From: Escherichia coli
GTDB taxonomy: Bacteria; Pseudomonadota; Gammaproteobacteria; Enterobacterales; Enterobacteriaceae
Strand: one strand, 5' to 3'
Length of the DNA: 64,000 nt
NCBI RefSeq assembly: GCF_009931435.1
Contig: NZ_CP043414.1
This document shows, piece by piece, positions 59,127 to 64,000 of the stretch; position 1 is the stretch's first letter; each line of letters starts with the position of its first letter. The position numbers and the translations under genes are program-made. The notes below the pieces were generated by a model, which worked only from the letters and a program-made list of their open reading frames with translations, did no database searches and was not told where the DNA came from.

Positions 59127-59593
59127 CAGCGAGTTTGCTCAGGTGCAGGGATGACCGAAATTGTCATGTATTTTTTCAGTCTGGCTTCTCGTTTCACACC
59201 TTTCGGATCTGAACCAAAAGGAAGCGTCAAGCATGGTGAGTCAACGGTTTGGATTGTCCAGAGAGAATCACCAATGAATCTGAAATTGATGCTATCCGCT
59301 GTAACGGATAATCCCTCAAAACTTCCCGTCGCATACTCATTACCCAAACGTACGGTCTCTTTAACTCCATCATTAACATCGATAAGGACAATTGTCAGTG
59401 ATTCCTCAAAAATAACGTCATCCGTCAGAAAAAGGATATAACGCTGGTCATTAACCTGAATTGCCGCTTCCAGTATTTGCCCTGGTACAATAATACCTGT
59501 GTTATTGCCATTGAGCACAACGTCAGACTGAGCCTGAGATAAATCAGTCGCTTTGTGAACCTTGACCAACGATATCGAATTAACCTGTTGCAT
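59126..59593 (-). CDS. Hypothetical protein (about 155 aa from MQQVNSISLVK)
   Basis: ORF 59126..59686 in the track; start at 59593 preferred because it lies 2 nt after the stop of the Gly-zipper micro-ORF. Confidence 0.4.
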   Translation of the reverse strand: MQQVNSISLVKVHKATDLSQAQSDVVLNGNNTGIIVPGQILEAAIQVNDQRYILFLTDDVIFEESLTIVLIDVNDGVKETVRLGNEYATGSFEGLSVTADSINFRFIGDSLWTIQTVDSPCLTLPFGSDPKGVKREARLKKYMTISVIPAPEQTR

Positions 59594-59595
59594 AA

Positions 59596-59736
59596 TCAAT
59601 TCCACAAGCGCCCCATTTCCCATGCGGCAAGTGCACCGCCGACAAAGCCGCCAATAAGTACGCAAACAGGTGCACCTGGACCACACACCAATCCTGCCAT
59701 CGCGCCGCCTGCGACAGCTCCGGCAATAATATTCAT
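59596..59736 (-). CDS. Possible 46-aa glycine-zipper membrane peptide (MNIIAGAVAGGAMAGLVCGPGAPVCVLIGGFVGGALAAWEMGRLWN)
   Basis: Manual reverse-strand translation; GxxxG-rich hydrophobic peptide; could instead be the remnant C-terminus of a deleted larger gene. Confidence 0.3.
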   Translation of the reverse strand: MNIIAGAVAGGAMAGLVCGPGAPVCVLIGGFVGGALAAWEMGRLWN

Positions 59737-59919
59737 CCGGGTACGACTGCCAGTGGTTTTAACAGATTTGCGCTCACCGTTACGTATCCTGCCACCACTC
59801 AGGTTGCAGACGCGGCAGTCACAGCCTTGACGGTGTTGAAACTAAAGTTCAGGTGATAGTCTGATGTTCATAGTTTGAGCATTATCCCCTGACAGAATCA
59901 AATCAAGCAGTGTCAATGA

Positions 59920-60177
59920 TCACGTGTATATATCATTTAAAGCATTATCAAGCCAATCTTCCATGTTTTTAATTTTAGCCCGCGCATATAAATCATTCAT
60001 AACATCCTCATAACTCTGTCCATCATTGACCATACAATTAGCTGTATGAGGCAGAACATGTATAAAATCAGACAATATAAAACAAGCCTTTGAATTTCCA
60101 GAGTTAGCTGCAATTCTGATATCAATCAATCCTCTGGCAATCAATTTAAGAATAACATCTTGCATTTTAATTTCCAT
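59920..60177 (-). CDS. Hypothetical small protein (85 aa), AT-rich
   Basis: ORF in the same orientation as its neighbours in the AT-rich array. Confidence 0.35.
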   Translation of the reverse strand: MEIKMQDVILKLIARGLIDIRIAANSGNSKACFILSDFIHVLPHTANCMVNDGQSYEDVMNDLYARAKIKNMEDWLDNALNDIYT

Positions 60178-60259
60178 ATCATTCAGTTAAATTTCAGTAG
60201 TAAATCGTCTATCAAAAAAAGATGAAATTAACATTCATAAATTTATTACAATATGAAAA

Positions 60260-60613
60260 TCAAAAATATACATCATCAGCTTCTACCGAAAACTCCATGG
60301 CTCCTAAGGCACCTAAATCAATACTAAATATAGTATCACTTTCCTTAGCACTCCCAACATAGATAAAATAGCCTAAATCTCCGTCTTGACCTATCAAAAA
60401 ATAGTCAGGTTCCACTTGTTGAATATCATATGTTTCATTTCTTTCAATAAGATCAGAATAGTTATATAAATATAATGTTTCGTGCTTCTTATTAGTTATT
60501 TCATAGGTCTCACTATCTTTAATTTCTTCTATCAAAAAACGTTTATACACTGGAGGAAACTTGATTGACATGTCAAATTCAATTTTATTTATATATTCTA
60601 TAATTTTATTCAT
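60260..60613 (-). CDS. SMI1/KNR4 (SUKH)-like protein; putative polymorphic-toxin immunity protein
   Basis: 117 aa; N-terminal FPPVYKRFLIEEI resembles the SUKH hallmark (lP.dYk.FL); AT-rich. Confidence 0.55.
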   Translation of the reverse strand: MNKIIEYINKIEFDMSIKFPPVYKRFLIEEIKDSETYEITNKKHETLYLYNYSDLIERNETYDIQQVEPDYFLIGQDGDLGYFIYVGSAKESDTIFSIDLGALGAMEFSVEADDVYF

Positions 60614-60844
60614 GTTAAGAATACCTGAAAGATTATTTATTGATTATCTTGATGAATATATCTTCACTTTTTATTTTCATTTACTCATCGCGGAAATACA
60701 CATTGCCTTGTAGACAAGCGCTAATAATACGTTATGAACCTGACTTCCGCCAGACAATCAATCAATGAATTCATTACGCCGTAGTGTTTTAGAAAGACAC
60801 TTTCTGACCAGATGGTGAACCATATACTACATCGCGCATTATAA

Positions 60845-60882
60845 AAAAACCGCCAGCGTTTCCACTAGCGGTTTTCAATGTT
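60845..60882 (-). terminator. Bidirectional intrinsic terminator downstream of ybfA
   Basis: aaaaaaaccgccagcg-tttccac-tagcggtttt hairpin with A-run and T-run flanks. Confidence 0.6.
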
Positions 60883-60897
60883 TTCAAAACTCAGCAA

Positions 60898-61104
60898 TCA
60901 GTAAAAATCACCGGTTGCCTTTTCGGCCTGATCCATCCACACCGGTTTATCGCTGGTTTTCGACCAGACGCGGTGCAGGTAGCTGTAAAAGCGGGCGCGG
61001 TCTTTCCAGAAAAGCATGAAAGGCAGCGCCAGAACGCCCGCTGCAACCGCATAAGTACGGCGTAAAAAGATAAGCCATGCAGGATATTCTCTGTAAAGTT
61101 CCAT
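60898..61104 (-). CDS. ybfA: DUF2517 small protein YbfA
   Basis: 68 aa, [47 protein letters not shown].. Confidence 0.85.
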
Positions 61105-61312
61105 ACTTTTCTCCCCCTTTTGTATCTACCCGGTGAATGGCACCGGAAAAATGAATTTGTTTATCTGATGAAAATAGTACCGCCTTTTGTGTAATTTTAC
61201 TACTCATCCGACCACTTATTTTTGCTTATTGATGGTTTATTTACATTCATCCCGTAATTAAGTTACATAAAAGTTAAATTAATACTAAACATTAGTTAAA
61301 TCATGGCTTTTG

Positions 61313-61342
61313 CCATTTTTATACTTTTTTTACACCCCGTCC
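61313..61342 (+). promoter_or_regulatory. KdpE response-regulator binding site in the kdpFABC promoter
   Basis: catttttatactttttttacaccccg matches the recalled KdpE box, upstream of kdpF. Confidence 0.7.
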
Positions 61343-61416
61343 GCAGATTTTTGCGAAATCTTTGCAGCCAGAATTCTACCCTTCCGGTATCACTTTTAGG
61401 CCACTGGAGGTGCACT

Positions 61417-61506
61417 GTGAGTGCAGGCGTGATAACCGGCGTATTGCTGGTGTTTTTATTACTGGGTTATCTGGTTTATGCCCTGATCAATGCGGAGGCG
61501 TTCTGA
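61417..61506 (+). CDS. kdpF: Kdp K+-ATPase small subunit KdpF (29 aa, GTG start)
   Basis: (M)[28 protein letters not shown]; GGAGG RBS; stop overlaps the kdpA ATG. Confidence 0.85.
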
Positions 61507-63179
61507 TGGCTGCGCAAGGGTTCTTACTGATTGCCACGTTTTTACTGGTGTTAATGGTGCTGGCGCGCCCTTTGGGCAGTGGGCTGGCGCGGCTGATTAA
61601 TGATATTCCTCTTCCTGGTACGACGGGCGTTGAGCGCGTACTCTTTCGTGTACTCGGCGTGTCTGACCGTGAGATGAACTGGAAGCAATATCTCTGTGCC
61701 ATTCTCGGCCTGAATATGCTGGGGCTGGCAGTGCTGTTTTTTATGTTACTCGGTCAGCACTATCTGCCGCTTAATCCGCAACAACTGCCGGGGCTGTCGT
61801 GGGATCTGGCGCTGAATACTGCCGTCAGCTTTGTCACCAATACCAACTGGCAATCTTATAGCGGTGAAACCACGTTGAGCTATTTCAGCCAGATGGCGGG
61901 CTTAACGGTACAAAACTTTCTTTCTGCCGCCAGCGGGATTGCGGTGATTTTTGCCCTCATCCGCGCGTTTACCCGCCAGAGCATGAGCACACTCGGCAAT
62001 GCCTGGGTCGATCTGCTACGCATCACGTTATGGGTGCTAGTCCCTGTGGCGTTGTTGATCGCACTGTTTTTTATTCAACAAGGTGCGCTGCAAAACTTTC
62101 TGCCCTATCAGGCGGTGAATACCGTTGAAGGAGCGCAACAGCTGTTACCCATGGGGCCTGTAGCTTCTCAGGAAGCGATCAAGATGCTCGGTACTAACGG
62201 CGGTGGCTTCTTTAATGCCAACTCGTCGCATCCGTTTGAAAACCCAACCGCACTGACCAACTTCGTGCAGATGCTGGCGATCTTCTTGATCCCAACAGCG
62301 CTGTGCTTTGCCTTTGGTGAAGTGGCAGGCGATCGCCGCCAGGGGCGCATGTTGCTGTGGGCGATGTCGGTGATTTTTGTCATCTGCGTAGGCGTGGTGA
62401 TGTGGGCAGAAGTTCAGGGTAATCCTCATCTGCTGACGCTGGGTGCGGACAGCAGCATCAATATGGAAGGTAAAGAAAGCCGTTTCGGCGTGCTGGTCAG
62501 TAGCCTGTTTGCGGTCGTGACTACGGCGGCTTCCTGTGGCGCGGTGATTGCGATGCATGATTCGTTTACCGCTCTCGGTGGCATGGTGCCGATGTGGCTG
62601 ATGCAAATTGGTGAAGTGGTATTCGGCGGTGTCGGTTCTGGTCTTTACGGCATGATGCTGTTTGTTCTGCTGGCGGTATTTATTGCCGGGCTGATGATTG
62701 GTCGTACGCCGGAATATCTGGGTAAAAAAATCGACGTACGCGAGATGAAACTGACCGCACTGGCGATTCTGGTCACCCCAACGCTGGTACTGATGGGCGC
62801 AGCACTGGCGATGATGACCGACGCCGGACGTAGCGCCATGCTCAATCCTGGCCCGCATGGTTTTAGCGAAGTGCTGTACGCCGTGTCGTCCGCCGCTAAC
62901 AACAACGGCAGCGCCTTTGCCGGATTAAGCGCCAACTCTCCGTTCTGGAACTGTTTACTGGCGTTCTGCATGTTTGTCGGTCGCTTCGGGGTGATTATCC
63001 CGGTGATGGCAATTGCCGGTTCGCTGGTGAGTAAAAAGAGCCAACCCGCCAGCTCCGGCACGCTGCCAACGCACGGCCCGCTGTTTGTAGGCCTGTTAAT
63101 CGGCACCGTGTTGCTGGTTGGCGCACTGACCTTTATCCCTGCCCTGGCGCTTGGTCCGGTGGCGGAATATCTCTCCTGA
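61506..63179 (+). CDS. kdpA: Potassium-transporting ATPase subunit A
   Basis: 557 aa from [38 protein letters not shown]; the track ORF is extended upstream in frame. Confidence 0.95.
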   Translation: MAAQGFLLIATFLLVLMVLARPLGSGLARLINDIPLPGTTGVERVLFRVLGVSDREMNWKQYLCAILGLNMLGLAVLFFMLLGQHYLPLNPQQLPGLSWDLALNTAVSFVTNTNWQSYSGETTLSYFSQMAGLTVQNFLSAASGIAVIFALIRAFTRQSMSTLGNAWVDLLRITLWVLVPVALLIALFFIQQGALQNFLPYQAVNTVEGAQQLLPMGPVASQEAIKMLGTNGGGFFNANSSHPFENPTALTNFVQMLAIFLIPTALCFAFGEVAGDRRQGRMLLWAMSVIFVICVGVVMWAEVQGNPHLLTLGADSSINMEGKESRFGVLVSSLFAVVTTAASCGAVIAMHDSFTALGGMVPMWLMQIGEVVFGGVGSGLYGMMLFVLLAVFIAGLMIGRTPEYLGKKIDVREMKLTALAILVTPTLVLMGAALAMMTDAGRSAMLNPGPHGFSEVLYAVSSAANNNGSAFAGLSANSPFWNCLLAFCMFVGRFGVIIPVMAIAGSLVSKKSQPASSGTLPTHGPLFVGLLIGTVLLVGALTFIPALALGPVAEYLS

Positions 63180-63201
63180 TGATATTGAGTGAGCACTGAA
63201 T

Positions 63202-64000
63202 ATGAGTCGTAAACAACTGGCGCTATTCGAACCAACACTTGTCGTTCAGGCGCTGAAAGAAGCGGTGAAAAAATTAAACCCGCAGGCGCAATGGCGTAAT
63301 CCAGTGATGTTTATCGTCTGGATCGGCAGTCTGTTAACCACCTTTATTAGCATTGCAATGGCAAGCGGCGCGATGCCTGGCAATGCGCTGTTTGGCGCGG
63401 CAATTAGCGCATGGCTGTGGGTCACCGTACTGTTCGCTAATTTCGCCGAGGCGCTGGCAGAAGGCCGCAGTAAAGCGCAGGCTAATAGTCTGAAAGGAGT
63501 GAAAAAAACCGCCTTTGCCCGCAAACTGCGCGAACCGAAATATGGCGCTGCGACAGACAAAGCTCCTGCCGATCAGCTGCGTAAAGGCGATATCGTGCTG
63601 GTAGAAGCGGGCGATATTATCCCCTGCGATGGCGAAGTCATTGAAGGGGGCGCATCGGTCGATGAAAGCGCCATCACCGGGGAATCGGCACCGGTGATCC
63701 GTGAATCCGGCGGCGATTTTGCCTCCGTCACCGGCGGCACGCGTATTCTTTCTGACTGGCTGGTGATTGAGTGTAGCGTTAACCCCGGCGAGACATTTCT
63801 GGATCGGATGATCGCGATGGTGGAAGGCGCGCAGCGACGTAAAACGCCGAACGAGATTGCCCTGACCATTCTGCTGATTGCCCTGACTATCGTCTTTTTA
63901 CTGGCAACCGCCACGCTGTGGCCGTTTTCCGCGTGGGGCGGTAATGCAGTCAGTGTAACGGTACTGGTGGCGCTGCTGGTCTGTCTGATTCCAACCACCA
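63202..64000 (+). CDS. kdpB: Potassium-transporting P-type ATPase subunit B (N-terminal part; truncated by window end)
   Basis: [47 protein letters not shown]..; open to the end of the window. Confidence 0.9.
   Translation, partial: MSRKQLALFEPTLVVQALKEAVKKLNPQAQWRNPVMFIVWIGSLLTTFISIAMASGAMPGNALFGAAISAWLWVTVLFANFAEALAEGRSKAQANSLKGVKKTAFARKLREPKYGAATDKAPADQLRKGDIVLVEAGDIIPCDGEVIEGGASVDESAITGESAPVIRESGGDFASVTGGTRILSDWLVIECSVNPGETFLDRMIAMVEGAQRRKTPNEIALTILLIALTIVFLLATATLWPFSAWGGNAVSVTVLVALLVCLIPTT

Noticed and set aside
59596-59736. Double-glycine-leader bacteriocin interpretation of the Gly-zipper peptide
   Set aside because: The Gly-Gly at residues 10-11 would leave a leader far shorter than typical double-glycine leaders, and no ABC exporter or peptidase gene is nearby; kept only as a possible membrane peptide or gene remnant
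59555-59830. 91-aa plus-strand Pro/Ala-rich ORF
   Set aside because: Mirror image of the minus-strand glycine-rich coding segment; no independent support

Overview
Enterobacterial (E. coli-like) chromosomal window of 64 kb, read by eye from the sequence and ORF track; no database search was possible, so gene names rest on recalled protein similarity and synteny. Conserved backbone: cpoB-pal-tolBARQ-ybgC and ybgE-cydX-cydBA on the minus strand, then sucDCBA-sdhBADC (minus) divergent from gltA (plus), the ybgDQPO chaperone-usher fimbrial operon, abrB, nei, pxpACB, ybgI, dtpD, phr, ybgA, ybfA and kdpFAB (kdpB truncated at the window end). Between cydA and sucD lies about 24 kb of accessory DNA: two AT-rich ORFs of unknown function, a glutamate mutase / methylaspartate ammonia-lyase / class I fumarase (mesaconate pathway) operon with a DUF1446-DUF4387 pair, a transporter and a corrinoid adenosyltransferase, a LysR regulator, a hut-like cluster (hutU, NCS1 permease, hutD, hutI, hutG and a signal-peptide-bearing histidine ammonia-lyase paralog that lacks the Ala-Ser-Gly MIO triad), and a frameshifted rtcB-like gene. 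Between ybgA and ybfA there is an AT-rich array of small ORFs that looks like orphan polymorphic-toxin immunity cassettes, including a SUKH (SMI1/KNR4)-like protein. Start codons are approximate where the ORF track offers several in-frame Met.
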